From the NCBI GenBank assembly GCA_021731625.1, contig JAKFXC010000058.1, forward strand, positions 815 to 64,814: a DNA stretch of 64,000 nucleotides, in the 5' to 3' direction. The stretch is from Candidatus Omnitrophota bacterium (lineage in GTDB: Bacteria > Omnitrophota > Gorgyraeia > Zapsychrales > Fredricksoniimonadaceae). A program made the position numbers and the translations under genes. This document shows positions 10,170 to 19,978 of the stretch, in pieces; within the stretch, counting starts at the first letter, position 1; the number at the start of each line of letters is the position of its first letter. A model generated the notes under the pieces. It was not told where the DNA came from. It worked only from the letters and a program-made list of their open reading frames with translations, and did not search any database.

Positions 10170-11075
10170 ATGCCACCGAGGATCATTTTTATTGTCGGAC
10201 CCACCGGTGTCGGAAAGACCAACGCCGCCATCGATTTGGCGACGAGGGTGGGTGGCGAGATTGTTTCCTGCGATGCCATGCAAGTGTATCGGGAAGTGCG
10301 CATTGCCAGTGCCAAGCCCTCGCCACAGGAGCAGCGTCAAATTCCGCATCATTTGCTGGATGCGGCCAGTGTGACGGAAACCTTTGATGTGGCGCGCTAC
10401 CGACAATTGGCCAATGCCGCCATCGACGACATTTTAAAACGTGGGAAAGTTGCCATCGTTGCCGGCGGCAGCGGCATGTATATGTCCGTTCTGCTCGACG
10501 GGATCTTCCAATCGGCGGCCAAGGATGAGGGACTGCGTTTGGCACTGCAGGAGCAGGCCCAAGTCTTGGGCGCCGCGGCCCTGCATGAACAATTGCACCA
10601 GCTTGATCCGAAAGCTGCGGCCAAAATCCATCCGAATGACCAGAAACGATTGGTCCGCGCTTTGGAAGTCAATCTGTTGGTCGGCCGGCCGATTGCAGAA
10701 TTGCAGCAGACCCGCGCAGGGTTGTGGGCGAAAGAGAAAGACTATGGCATTGAGATTTTAGGTTTGAATTGTCCACGCGAGGTTTTGTACCGGCGGATTG
10801 AAGCGAGGGTGGAGCGGATGTTTGAGGCCGGGTTGGTTGAGGAAGTGAAGGGTTTGCTTAAGCTTCCCTTAAGCCGTACCGCCGCGACGTTGATCGGCAT
10901 TCCGGAAGTGGGCGGTTATCTGCGGGGGGAATACGATGTAGCCCGCGCCAAATATTTGCTCAAACGCAACACCCGGCATTATGCCAAACGCCAGTTAACC
11001 TGGTTCCACCGGGACGAGCGGATACAATGGAAAATAGGGGCCAGCCCCCTATTTCCTCACATCGAAAGGAAATAG
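10170..11075 (+). CDS. miaA: tRNA dimethylallyltransferase
   Basis: GPTGVGKT, DAMQVYR, GGSGMY, TRHYAKRQLTWF. Confidence 0.96.
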   Translation: MPPRIIFIVGPTGVGKTNAAIDLATRVGGEIVSCDAMQVYREVRIASAKPSPQEQRQIPHHLLDAASVTETFDVARYRQLANAAIDDILKRGKVAIVAGGSGMYMSVLLDGIFQSAAKDEGLRLALQEQAQVLGAAALHEQLHQLDPKAAAKIHPNDQKRLVRALEVNLLVGRPIAELQQTRAGLWAKEKDYGIEILGLNCPREVLYRRIEARVERMFEAGLVEEVKGLLKLPLSRTAATLIGIPEVGGYLRGEYDVARAKYLLKRNTRHYAKRQLTWFHRDERIQWKIGASPLFPHIERK

Positions 11076-11093
11076 GGGGCTGGCCCCTATTTT
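11031..11093. repeat. Perfect 27-bp inverted repeat of two REP-like palindromes (REPIN-like)
   Basis: AAAATAGGGGCCAGCCCCCTATTTCCT (11031-11057), 9-nt loop, exact reverse complement (11067-11093); each arm is itself a hairpin. Confidence 0.85.
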
Positions 11094-11100
11094 TCTCCTT

Positions 11101-12342
11101 ATGAAAGAAAAAATTCTTTTATGTGTGGTTGAACTGCAAGGGCGCAGTGCTTGGACACCCCAGGACGATGCCCGCGAAATGCAGGAACTTATCATGTCCT
11201 GCGGCGGAGAAGTTGTGCACACGGTCTTTTGCAAAGCCATGCCGCCGACGGCGTCGCACTTGATCACCAAGGGTAAGGTCGAGGAGATTGCGGCATTGTG
11301 CGCTCTGGGCAATGTCGAAACGGTCATTCTGTCGGTCGATCTAAAAGGACGGCAGCAGCGCAACTTGGAGGAGGATTTTAAGGTCAAGACCCTCGACCGA
11401 ACCCAGGTCATTTTAGACATTTTTGCCAAGAACGCCTCGTCGATGGAAGGGAAGATGCAAGTGGAACTTGCCCAGCTGCAATACCAATTGCCGCGCCTCG
11501 TCGGAAGCAGTGAGCAATTGTCCCGGCAGGGCGGTGGCATCGGCACCTCCGGTCCCGGCGAAACCAAACTGGAAGTTGACCGCCGCCGCATCGGCACTCG
11601 CGTCGCTAAATTAAAAAAGGACCTCAAAGAAGTCGCCCAAAGCCGCCAAGTCAAACGTAGAAAACGCCATGAATTTGAAATCCCGACGGTGGCCTTGGTG
11701 GGCTACACCAATGCCGGCAAGTCCACGTTGCTCAATGCCATCACCGGCGCCGGGACCAAGACCCACGACGGGCTTTTTACCACGCTGGATATGTTGTCCA
11801 GGCAAGCCTTGCTCCCCAACCATCGTAAAGTGGTTTTCTCCGACACCGTCGGGTTCATGCACGATTTGCCCCACGGCTTGATCGAGGCCTTTAAAGCCAC
11901 CCTCGAGGAGGTGCAGCAGGCAGACCTGCTGCTGCATGTGCTGGACTTAAGCAATGACAACTTCCGCAATCTCTACAACGCCGTCAATGCGGTGTTGGAG
12001 GAGTTGGGCGTGCTTAAGAAACCCATGCTCATGGTGCTCAATAAAATCGATCGCTTGCAAGATCAATCGCGCCTGCAGGAATTTAAAAAAATTAGTCCCG
12101 ACTGCATCGGAGTATCCGCCGCCAAGGGGGAAAATATACAAACCCTGTTGCTCAAAATTGAACACGCTCTGAATAAGGACATTGTGGAGGTGGATGTGCT
12201 GCTGCCAGCCGGCCGCATGGATCTTATCAACCTCGCCCACACCCAGGGTCACGTGCAGGACGTGCAGTATTTACCCGAAGGAATTCGCCTCAAAGCCTCC
12301 TTGCCATCCAAAACCGCAGGCCTGATTACCCGCGCCAAGTAG
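11101..12342 (+). CDS. hflX: GTPase HflX
   Basis: LDRTQVILDIFA, GPGETKLEVDRR, GYTNAGKST, DTVGF, NKID. Confidence 0.97.
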   Translation: MKEKILLCVVELQGRSAWTPQDDAREMQELIMSCGGEVVHTVFCKAMPPTASHLITKGKVEEIAALCALGNVETVILSVDLKGRQQRNLEEDFKVKTLDRTQVILDIFAKNASSMEGKMQVELAQLQYQLPRLVGSSEQLSRQGGGIGTSGPGETKLEVDRRRIGTRVAKLKKDLKEVAQSRQVKRRKRHEFEIPTVALVGYTNAGKSTLLNAITGAGTKTHDGLFTTLDMLSRQALLPNHRKVVFSDTVGFMHDLPHGLIEAFKATLEEVQQADLLLHVLDLSNDNFRNLYNAVNAVLEELGVLKKPMLMVLNKIDRLQDQSRLQEFKKISPDCIGVSAAKGENIQTLLLKIEHALNKDIVEVDVLLPAGRMDLINLAHTQGHVQDVQYLPEGIRLKASLPSKTAGLITRAK

Positions 12343-12451
12343 ATAATTTATAAGATATACAGTTGTTGTGTTTTTTACACACCTTCCCAAGCCCGATCGT
12401 GCCATTTCGGGTGTTTTTTTCATTTTTCGTTTAGCGCTTTCCATCATTTAA

Positions 12452-12510
12452 TATCAAGCGCTTACGTAATCTCCCCCTGATTATTCCTCCATTTTGGCAC
12501 CGCAATTGCT
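12452..12510 (+). promoter_or_regulatory. Sigma54-type promoter with upstream IHF-like site
   Basis: TGGCAC-CGCAA-TTGCT at 12495-12510 (GG-N10-GC spacing); TATCAAGCGCTTA at 12452-12464 matches WATCAANNNNTTR. Confidence 0.65.
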
Positions 12511-12594
12511 GCTTTGTATAGTAAGAGGTTGTACAGGATGTACCGGGACAATGACAGACAGCCACAAACAACAGGCTGTAACGAAAGGAACAAT

Positions 12595-15500
12595 ATGTTT
12601 TCCTCAATACGAACGATGATAACCATAACGCTGATCACCTTACTGATCGTGCCCCCGCAATATGCGTTGGCGCTCCCGCAAGGCGGGCAGGTGGTGGACG
12701 GCCAGGCCACTCTAACTTACGGGGCCGGCACCCTGGATGTCCTTCAACAAACCGATAAAGCCATTATTAACTATGACAGCTTCTCGATTGCGCAACCAGA
12801 GGCCGTGCATTTTCAACAGCCCAATTCTTCCAGTATTGCGTTAAACCGCGTCACCGGTGGCAATCCGTCCGAAATTTTAGGGACCTTGTCCGCCAATGGC
12901 CGGGTGTTTATTATCAATCCCAACGGCATTATGTTTGGCAGCGGGTCGCAGGTGGACACCGCTGGACTCGTGGCCTCTACTTTGGACATGGCCAACGCGG
13001 ATTTTATGTCCGGCAATTATCAGTTTGCCGGGCAGGGCGGCGCGGTCCTCGCCAATGGTCGGATCAATACGCCGGGCGGGTATGTGGCTTTATTGGGTTC
13101 GCATGTGGAAAATAATGGAGTGATCCAGGCGAATTTAGGAAGCATTGCCTTGGCATCCGGAGAGGCCATGACCCTCAACCTGGACGCGCAGGGATTTGTC
13201 AATGTGGTCGTCGATGCCGCCGCTTCAGTGAGTCCACCGTATCAAGCGGGAGTTGCCAATCGGGGGACGTTACAGGCCGATGGTGGACAGATTTTATTGA
13301 CCGCAAAAACACTGGATCATATTTTTGACCATGCCATTAACAATCAGGGCGTCCTTGAGGCCCGAAGCATTTCCGTTTCCCCCGGCCGGATTATCTTGTC
13401 GGCAGACAAAGACATTAAAGTGGGCGGCGACGTCAGCGGCGGGACAATCGATATCACTTCTACTGAAGAGGACGTGACCCATTTAACCGGAAACCGAACC
13501 ACAACGAGCGGGGAGAGTTTCACCGGTTCGGCGAAGAAAGATTATGTGCTCATGAATGACACTCAAATCAATGCCGGCGCGGGGGACATTGACATCCACG
13601 CCGGGCAAAATATTGAAATGGGTTCCCTGATCCCCACGACGTATGATGGAGCCAAGGTGACATCGACCCACAATGTCTTTCTGACCGCGGACCAGGGCCA
13701 CATCCGCCAGGCCAAGGGAGATATTTTTGCGGAAAATTTGATGCTCAATGCCAACTTAGGCATTTACGGCAGCAGCTGTATTCTAAATTGCTCCAGCCAA
13801 AATCTTGATATGTCCGGCATCCTGACAGCGGACAATCACTATGCTTTGTTTGTGGCGGACAGAGAAGGCAATGGCCTGAAATTCATCGGCCGCAATGAGC
13901 TAGGACCAGAGGGCAATCCGGGGGAGTTTAATTGGAATCTACCGGAAAGTTGGAATTTCGATGTCAATACCGGCGACCATCTGTATGTCCTGGCCTGGAA
14001 CACCAGTTTGCCTGGCATGTATATAGGTGATTTTACCTTGCCGGACACCAGTAAATTATTTAGCAATGCCACTCAATGGGAAAATTATGTCTCCGGGAAT
14101 ATTACTCCGGAAATCAACGGACTCCCGTCGTTCTCAAATCTCTCTGCCGAAATTGCGGCCGCAAAATGGAGTGCACCGCAGGCGTTCGTTGCTAATGGCT
14201 CACCGACCTGGGGCACGATTCCAGGAATCGACCCTGCCGCCCATCACATTTGGCACGACACGTTTGATTTGGGCACTCAGCAAGGGGGGCCAGAAGTCTC
14301 TTCCAGCTTTGGTCACTATGCCGTCTTTAGAACGGACGCAACGGTGTTATCTGGCCCGGCGCCGGTGATTGCCAACAGCGGATTGGTGGTGACAGCGGAC
14401 CACATCTCCGCCATCAATAAGTCCATCGGTGATATCAACCTCCACAATACGATTAGCGGAGAGGTGAATAATTTATCATCTCAAACAGGGACTAATCCCA
14501 CTGTGACGGGACAAAACGGCGTGACCAACAATGCTCCCGGAGGTTCCATCAACGTTACGGTCGACGGCGATCTGACTGTCAATGCCGACATTGTCGGTCA
14601 TGGCAACATCACTCTGACCACTGGCGATAATTTAGTGCAGAACAGCAATATCAACATTATCCAAAGCAATACCGTGATCCCGCCGCCCATCAATGTGCAC
14701 AGCACGTCGCACCAAACCGGTGTGTGGTCCAATGATGACACGATTGACTTGGAGTGGCAGTTAGCTCCTGAACAACCAGGCCGTTTCAGCTATACGGCGA
14801 ATACGACTGGCCAGTACACCATGAACACCGGTGCGGTGGTCAATACAACTAACGGGGACGCCACCATCACCAGCCAAGGGGATGTCACCCTGACCTTGGT
14901 CCATGCTGGCAATGGGGTGGCCACAGTCACCTCAACCCAAGGATCGATCATCGACGGTGATTTAAGTGTTTCCCCTGCCGACCAGGATGTGGCGGCACAC
15001 AGCATTCATTTAAACGCGCCTTTAGGTTCGGTGGGCAGCGTCGGACCTCAGCAAGAAATTGACTTAGGCATCCCGTACGGGTTCTCTCATTTACTCGATG
15101 AGAATACCTCTACCAATCCGGACGGCAGTATCGATTCCTTCACCTCCGCACTAAACGCACAGGGCGAATGGATCTACGCGACCTCGATCCACACTTTGTT
15201 AAACAGCGATCATTTGTGGTTCCATGTGGCCACCGTGGATCCGGTGTCGAGTCAGCAATCCACCTCTGCCCATGCCGGGCCTTACTTGATCGACACCATT
15301 GCTCCGGTGATTACAGCCGACTATGATCCCGCCAATCCATATGGTTGGTACAATTACGACGTGGATGTCCAATTCGACGCCACAGATAACTTGTCCGGAT
15401 TTGCGCCCCAGGGCAGTTTAGCCGCTAATCTTGGTTCACAGACAACCGCTGGGGAAGGTTTCGGATTGATGGTCACCTCGGCGGGAATTTTTGACCGCGC

Positions 15501-16329
15501 CGGCAATCAAGCCCTGCCGTTGTCGATCAGTCTCAACGTGGACAAGACGAAACCGATTATTACGGGCAGCAATGTTCCCACACCCAACCAATTCGGTTGG
15601 TTTAACCACGATGTGACGGTGGACTTTTCCGCGACCGATAATCTTTCCGGTTTTGCACCCAACGGGGCTTTAAGCAGCAATCTGTTATCGTCAACCACAA
15701 CCGGAGAAGGCGTAGGGTTGATCGTAAATTCAAGCGGGGTGGTGGTCGATCGCGCCGGCAACATCGCTGATCCTATTCAATACACGTTTAATGTGGATAA
15801 AACCGCGCCGATCATCACGGCAGGCAACCCCATCGGGCCTTTGAATCCCGATGGCACCTACCAATCGAGCGTGACGGTGCCGTTTTCCGCCACCGACAAT
15901 CTGTCCGGGTTTGCGCCCAATGGTTCGCAAAGCGAAAATCTAGCATCGAAAACCACCCCTAACTTCGGACAAAACTTGTTACTAACCTCCGACAGCACCG
16001 TGGATTTGGCCGGCAACCAGGCCTTACCGATCACGGTTGGTCCGTTTAACCTCGCGGCGGCGATACCGCCCATCGTGCCGCCGCCTACGAACCTAGTGGA
16101 TACTCTGGTATCATTTACCGACCGCCAGCCCGTCTACTACGAAATCCTGAGTCCCAGCCGTTTTGTCAGTTTCGAACCGGTGGTCAAGATTGGATTGCTG
16201 GCGTATCACCCGATAACGACGTTAGACACCACCGCGTTCGCGGAGGTGGATATGGACATTAGGGCCTTTGACTTTATCGATAATGCCATTGAGCAAAAGG
16301 GCAAAAAGTCGCCATATTTGGGATTTTAA
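12595..16329 (+). CDS. TpsA / filamentous haemagglutinin-family exoprotein with Ig-like C-terminal repeats
   Basis: LPQGGQVVDG, LNRVTGGNPSEILG, INPNGIMFG TPS domain; three DK/TxxPxI...ATDNLSGFAP repeats; ATG 12595 after GAAAGGA. Confidence 0.9.
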   Translation: MFSSIRTMITITLITLLIVPPQYALALPQGGQVVDGQATLTYGAGTLDVLQQTDKAIINYDSFSIAQPEAVHFQQPNSSSIALNRVTGGNPSEILGTLSANGRVFIINPNGIMFGSGSQVDTAGLVASTLDMANADFMSGNYQFAGQGGAVLANGRINTPGGYVALLGSHVENNGVIQANLGSIALASGEAMTLNLDAQGFVNVVVDAAASVSPPYQAGVANRGTLQADGGQILLTAKTLDHIFDHAINNQGVLEARSISVSPGRIILSADKDIKVGGDVSGGTIDITSTEEDVTHLTGNRTTTSGESFTGSAKKDYVLMNDTQINAGAGDIDIHAGQNIEMGSLIPTTYDGAKVTSTHNVFLTADQGHIRQAKGDIFAENLMLNANLGIYGSSCILNCSSQNLDMSGILTADNHYALFVADREGNGLKFIGRNELGPEGNPGEFNWNLPESWNFDVNTGDHLYVLAWNTSLPGMYIGDFTLPDTSKLFSNATQWENYVSGNITPEINGLPSFSNLSAEIAAAKWSAPQAFVANGSPTWGTIPGIDPAAHHIWHDTFDLGTQQGGPEVSSSFGHYAVFRTDATVLSGPAPVIANSGLVVTADHISAINKSIGDINLHNTISGEVNNLSSQTGTNPTVTGQNGVTNNAPGGSINVTVDGDLTVNADIVGHGNITLTTGDNLVQNSNINIIQSNTVIPPPINVHSTSHQTGVWSNDDTIDLEWQLAPEQPGRFSYTANTTGQYTMNTGAVVNTTNGDATITSQGDVTLTLVHAGNGVATVTSTQGSIIDGDLSVSPADQDVAAHSIHLNAPLGSVGSVGPQQEIDLGIPYGFSHLLDENTSTNPDGSIDSFTSALNAQGEWIYATSIHTLLNSDHLWFHVATVDPVSSQQSTSAHAGPYLIDTIAPVITADYDPANPYGWYNYDVDVQFDATDNLSGFAPQGSLAANLGSQTTAGEGFGLMVTSAGIFDRAGNQALPLSISLNVDKTKPIITGSNVPTPNQFGWFNHDVTVDFSATDNLSGFAPNGALSSNLLSSTTTGEGVGLIVNSSGVVVDRAGNIADPIQYTFNVDKTAPIITAGNPIGPLNPDGTYQSSVTVPFSATDNLSGFAPNGSQSENLASKTTPNFGQNLLLTSDSTVDLAGNQALPITVGPFNLAAAIPPIVPPPTNLVDTLVSFTDRQPVYYEILSPSRFVSFEPVVKIGLLAYHPITTLDTTAFAEVDMDIRAFDFIDNAIEQKGKKSPYLGF
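15292..16050 (+). repeat. Three tandem ~84-aa Ig-like repeats in TpsA
   Basis: ATDNLSGFAPxG and DRAGN/DLAGN recur three times. Confidence 0.8.
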
Positions 16330-16492
16330 GGTGTTTTGAGCAGCATCGTAAGTGCTTGATATTTCACAAGATTTACTTGTGCTTAAAAACAAAAAAATAT
16401 TGTAACCCATTTATTGGCAACGGTTTGCATTACATGCTATACTCCCTTTGAGTGTAGGGCAGGTTAACGTGGCATCAAAAAGGGAGTATAGA

Positions 16493-18205
16493 ATGAAAAA
16501 CATTCTTTTTGTTTTTTTAGGTGTTTCTGTGTTGGTCGCCGCCCCTTGGGGGGGAGCCCAGGCCCAAGTGAGCTCCGATACGGTGGGGGGTGTGATTCAA
16601 AGGGAATTAGATAAGGAAAAGTCGTTAGAATTCGAAGAACGCATCCGCACCAAGCAACCTCAACCGCAAGACGAAGAAATACAGCCTAAGAGCACTGCAG
16701 AAGCAGGCCCCAGCGTTCTCATTAAGGAAATCAAGGTGGAGGGCGCCACTCTGCTTTCAGATCACATCATTGATGACATAACCACACCATATAAGGGAAC
16801 AGAGCTGAGTCTGGCCCAAATCCAGGACATCGCGGAGAAACTCACCGCGGTGTACCGCACGAACGGGTATGTCACCTCGCGGGCATATATCCCTCCTCAA
16901 AATCTACAGGAGGGGACCTTAACCATTAAAGTCATCGAAGGCAAAATGGGGGAGCTAACGCTCAAGGGAAACAAATATTTTAGCAAAGCGGTGTATTTGA
17001 AATATTTGAAGCTAAGGCCCAATGAATATTTTGATTACAGCCAGCTGCAGAAGGACTTGACCTTCGTCAATGAGCAGGAAGACCGCAAACTCAAAGCCAC
17101 CTTGGTGCCCGGCCAGGAAGCCGGAGCGACGGATGTGATCCTGGAAGCCCAGGAGCAACTGCCCATCCACGCCACCGTCGAGTTTGACAATTGGGCGTCG
17201 CGCTACTTGAATCATTACCGCTATGCCCTAAGCTTGGAGCACAATAATATCACCGGCCATGACGACCGTATGCTGTTTAAGTATCAAACCAGCGATGGAC
17301 TAAACCTAAAATTGTATCAGGGCCGCTACCTCTATCCGCTGAGCAAGAAAACCACCGTCGGGGTGCATGGGTTATACACCACCACGCATTTGGGACGGGA
17401 ATTTAAGTCCCTGGGTGCGGAGGGCAAAGGCCAGGTGTATGGGATGTTTATGAGCCATGAGCTTGCCCGCACAAATAATGCCCAATGGCATTTTAATTTG
17501 GGGTATGATTATAAGGACATTAAGAACGATCTCTTGGGCATCGAAAATTCGCATGACCAACTCAGCATCTTCAAGGCGGGCATGGACCTGGATGTGGCTG
17601 ACCCTTGGGGGCGCAATATTTTGACCGGGGAAGGGGACTTTGGGGTGCCGGAATTTTTAGGGGCTATGGAGGCCAAGAACGATCGGCACGCCTCCAGGAC
17701 CGGGGCCGGCGGGCAGTTTCAAAAAGGCGTGTTTAACTACTATCGTCTTCAACCCATGCCGCTGGACACCCAGATCCTGCTTAAAAACAGCGCCCAGATC
17801 AGCAACCAGGCCTTGGTGTCCGCCGAGCAGTTTCAGATCGGCGGCCCCACCAGCGTTCGCGGCTATGCGCCGGGGGAGTTTTCCGGCGACAAAGGACTTT
17901 ATTCCGCGGTGGATTGGTCGGTGCCCTTGTATTTCGTCCCCAAACATTGGAAAGTTCCCCTGCGCAAGGAAACCGTGTATGATGCCATGCGCCTGGTGGC
18001 CTTCTACGATTTTGGGTTTACCAATATTAAGAACGTCACCGCCGGGGAACGGGAAAACCGCACCTTGAAGGGTTACGGGTTCGGGGCCCGGTTTAATCCT
18101 GATCCGAATTTAGAAGTCCGTTTTGAAATGGGGATGCCGATCGGGACCGCTTCGGCCGACGGCAAGCGGGCCCATCCGTGGGTGCAGTTTAAATATAAGT
18201 ATTAA
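16493..18205 (+). CDS. TpsB (ShlB/FhaC/HecB family) outer-membrane transporter
   Basis: POTRA YRTNGYVTSRAYIPPQ, SVRGY barrel motif, terminal aromatic residue; SD GGGAG before ATG 16493. Confidence 0.93.
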   Translation: MKNILFVFLGVSVLVAAPWGGAQAQVSSDTVGGVIQRELDKEKSLEFEERIRTKQPQPQDEEIQPKSTAEAGPSVLIKEIKVEGATLLSDHIIDDITTPYKGTELSLAQIQDIAEKLTAVYRTNGYVTSRAYIPPQNLQEGTLTIKVIEGKMGELTLKGNKYFSKAVYLKYLKLRPNEYFDYSQLQKDLTFVNEQEDRKLKATLVPGQEAGATDVILEAQEQLPIHATVEFDNWASRYLNHYRYALSLEHNNITGHDDRMLFKYQTSDGLNLKLYQGRYLYPLSKKTTVGVHGLYTTTHLGREFKSLGAEGKGQVYGMFMSHELARTNNAQWHFNLGYDYKDIKNDLLGIENSHDQLSIFKAGMDLDVADPWGRNILTGEGDFGVPEFLGAMEAKNDRHASRTGAGGQFQKGVFNYYRLQPMPLDTQILLKNSAQISNQALVSAEQFQIGGPTSVRGYAPGEFSGDKGLYSAVDWSVPLYFVPKHWKVPLRKETVYDAMRLVAFYDFGFTNIKNVTAGERENRTLKGYGFGARFNPDPNLEVRFEMGMPIGTASADGKRAHPWVQFKYKY

Positions 18206-18222
18206 CGCACAGGGGGGAAGGT

Positions 18223-18762
18223 ATGCCTAAAATTCTGTTGTTCATTCTGCTGCTCGGGGTTTGTTACGGCTGCGGTCAAAGACCGCCGGCGGCCATTCAA
18301 ATCGGCACCATTGCCATCACCAAGGACGAATTCGAGCGTGCTTTTTTGAATTCCCCGCTGGACCATGGATCTCTCCAGGCCCGCCGTCAATTTTTGGAAT
18401 TAATGATCAATAAGAAGCTGGTCCTTAAGGAAGCGGAGCGCAGGGGAATGGACAAGGACCCTAAATTATTACAGGACCTGCAAATGTTCTGGGAAACCAA
18501 CTTGATGAAGCTGGCGCTCAGTGCAGAGAATCAACGCATTGCCCGGCAGATCACCGTCACTCCGGCGGAGATTGAGGCCTATTACAGCCAGCACGCCCAA
18601 TCCCAGTTCATGGGCAAACCATTGCAGGCAGTCCAGGGTGAGATTAAAGTGGTGCTGCTTAAGAGCAAACAGAGCCGGATGTTTAAAGATTGGGTGGAGG
18701 CCTTAAGACAAAAATCCGCCATTGTCATAGACTACCCAGCGTTAGGGATACCGGAACAATAA
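18223..18762 (+). CDS. Lipoprotein with SurA N-terminal-like chaperone domain
   Basis: Lipobox-like YGC; FLELMINKKLVLKEAERRG and EIEAYY resemble the SurA/PrsA scaffold without a PPIase domain. Confidence 0.65.
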   Translation: MPKILLFILLLGVCYGCGQRPPAAIQIGTIAITKDEFERAFLNSPLDHGSLQARRQFLELMINKKLVLKEAERRGMDKDPKLLQDLQMFWETNLMKLALSAENQRIARQITVTPAEIEAYYSQHAQSQFMGKPLQAVQGEIKVVLLKSKQSRMFKDWVEALRQKSAIVIDYPALGIPEQ

Positions 18763-18774
18763 AGGAGAGTTTGT

Positions 18775-19347
18775 ATGCAACCAAACCGACGACGAAAAAA
18801 GATGCTCCTCAACAAGGCGTTTCAATTAAGGTTCATCGTCCGATTCGCCCTCATCACTTTTTGTTCCTCTTTGCTGTTTGGCGGGCTGGTGTATTTCTTG
18901 TCCAGCAGCTCAACGACGGTGGCCATCGAAAACACCAAAGTGTTCGTGAAACCGACGTCGGATTTTATTCTGCCCAGCTTAGGGTTGACCATGCTGATGG
19001 TGCTGGCGGTGTCCTGCTTGGCCATGGTGGCCATGCTGATGTACGTCTCGCACACCATTGCCGGTCCGGAATACCGCTTGAACCAGGAAATCCTGAAAAT
19101 CAAAGAGGGGCGTTTCGACGGCAATTTCATCCTCCGCAAGAATGACCAATTGAAGGCCTTGGCCGACAATTTGAAGGAATGCGAGATCGTTTTGCGTGAG
19201 AAGCACATCGGGCTTAGGCGTCAATGGGACGAACTGGCGTTTTATCTTAAGGATCGCAATTATAAACTCGCGGACGACGACATCGCCCGCGTCAAGAAAA
19301 TCATGGATGGGGTAAATACCAAGATCAAATTTTTTAAATGCCAATGA
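18775..19347 (+). CDS. Two-TM membrane protein with HAMP-like domain
   Basis: Two hydrophobic segments then SHTIAGPEYRL...LRKNDQL. Confidence 0.65.
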   Translation: MQPNRRRKKMLLNKAFQLRFIVRFALITFCSSLLFGGLVYFLSSSSTTVAIENTKVFVKPTSDFILPSLGLTMLMVLAVSCLAMVAMLMYVSHTIAGPEYRLNQEILKIKEGRFDGNFILRKNDQLKALADNLKECEIVLREKHIGLRRQWDELAFYLKDRNYKLADDDIARVKKIMDGVNTKIKFFKCQ

Positions 19348-19907
19348 TACGATTCTTAGTTTCTTTATTATTGATCTGCGGCCTCTGGGGGCCGGATCCG
19401 GGAGCGGCGGAAGAGCACTTGCCCCTGCTGACGGAGAGCAAATATTTTACGATTTATGCCGAAGCTGATTGTGATGTTACGCGTTTGACCACCATTTTGG
19501 ATTTTAACCGCGCCCCTTCGCTTGAAAGTGTCATGTCGCAGCCAGCCGCGGATGTCCAAGGCGTGCTCGCCGACAGCGTTGATGCCATCTTTAATGAAGC
19601 GAGCGAGATTCTGGGTACGCCGGTGCAGAATTACAAGGGTAAGATCATGGTGTTTAGTTCGGAAAAGAGCATGAATGCGGCCTTCAGGCGCCTGTACGGG
19701 GTCACTTTACCGGAAAAAGGTTATTATGATTTTGAACGCCATACCGTTTTTGTCGCTTTGGATGTGTTGACACTGGGAGTTTTCTCCCACGAAATCGCCC
19801 ACGCCCTGGTCTCGCATTATTTTGTGGTACCGCCCCCACCCAAACTCCAGGAAGTGCTGGCTGGCTATGTGGAATTCAAATTTCGTAAGAAAACGGGCGA
19901 CTTGTAG
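19338..19907 (+). CDS. Exported protein with HExxH zincin-like motif
   Basis: Signal peptide; SHEIAH...QEVLAGY. Confidence 0.55.
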   Translation: MPMIRFLVSLLLICGLWGPDPGAAEEHLPLLTESKYFTIYAEADCDVTRLTTILDFNRAPSLESVMSQPAADVQGVLADSVDAIFNEASEILGTPVQNYKGKIMVFSSEKSMNAAFRRLYGVTLPEKGYYDFERHTVFVALDVLTLGVFSHEIAHALVSHYFVVPPPPKLQEVLAGYVEFKFRKKTGDL

Positions 19908-19978
19908 GAAGCGGGCACCGCAGCTTACTACCGCCGCTGTCAATTGACATTCTCCAGCAACTATGTTAGATTGACCAA

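Noticed and set aside
16414-16430. TGGCAACGGTTTGCA as a second sigma54 promoter
   Set aside because: GG-to-GC spacing is 9 nt rather than the required 10.
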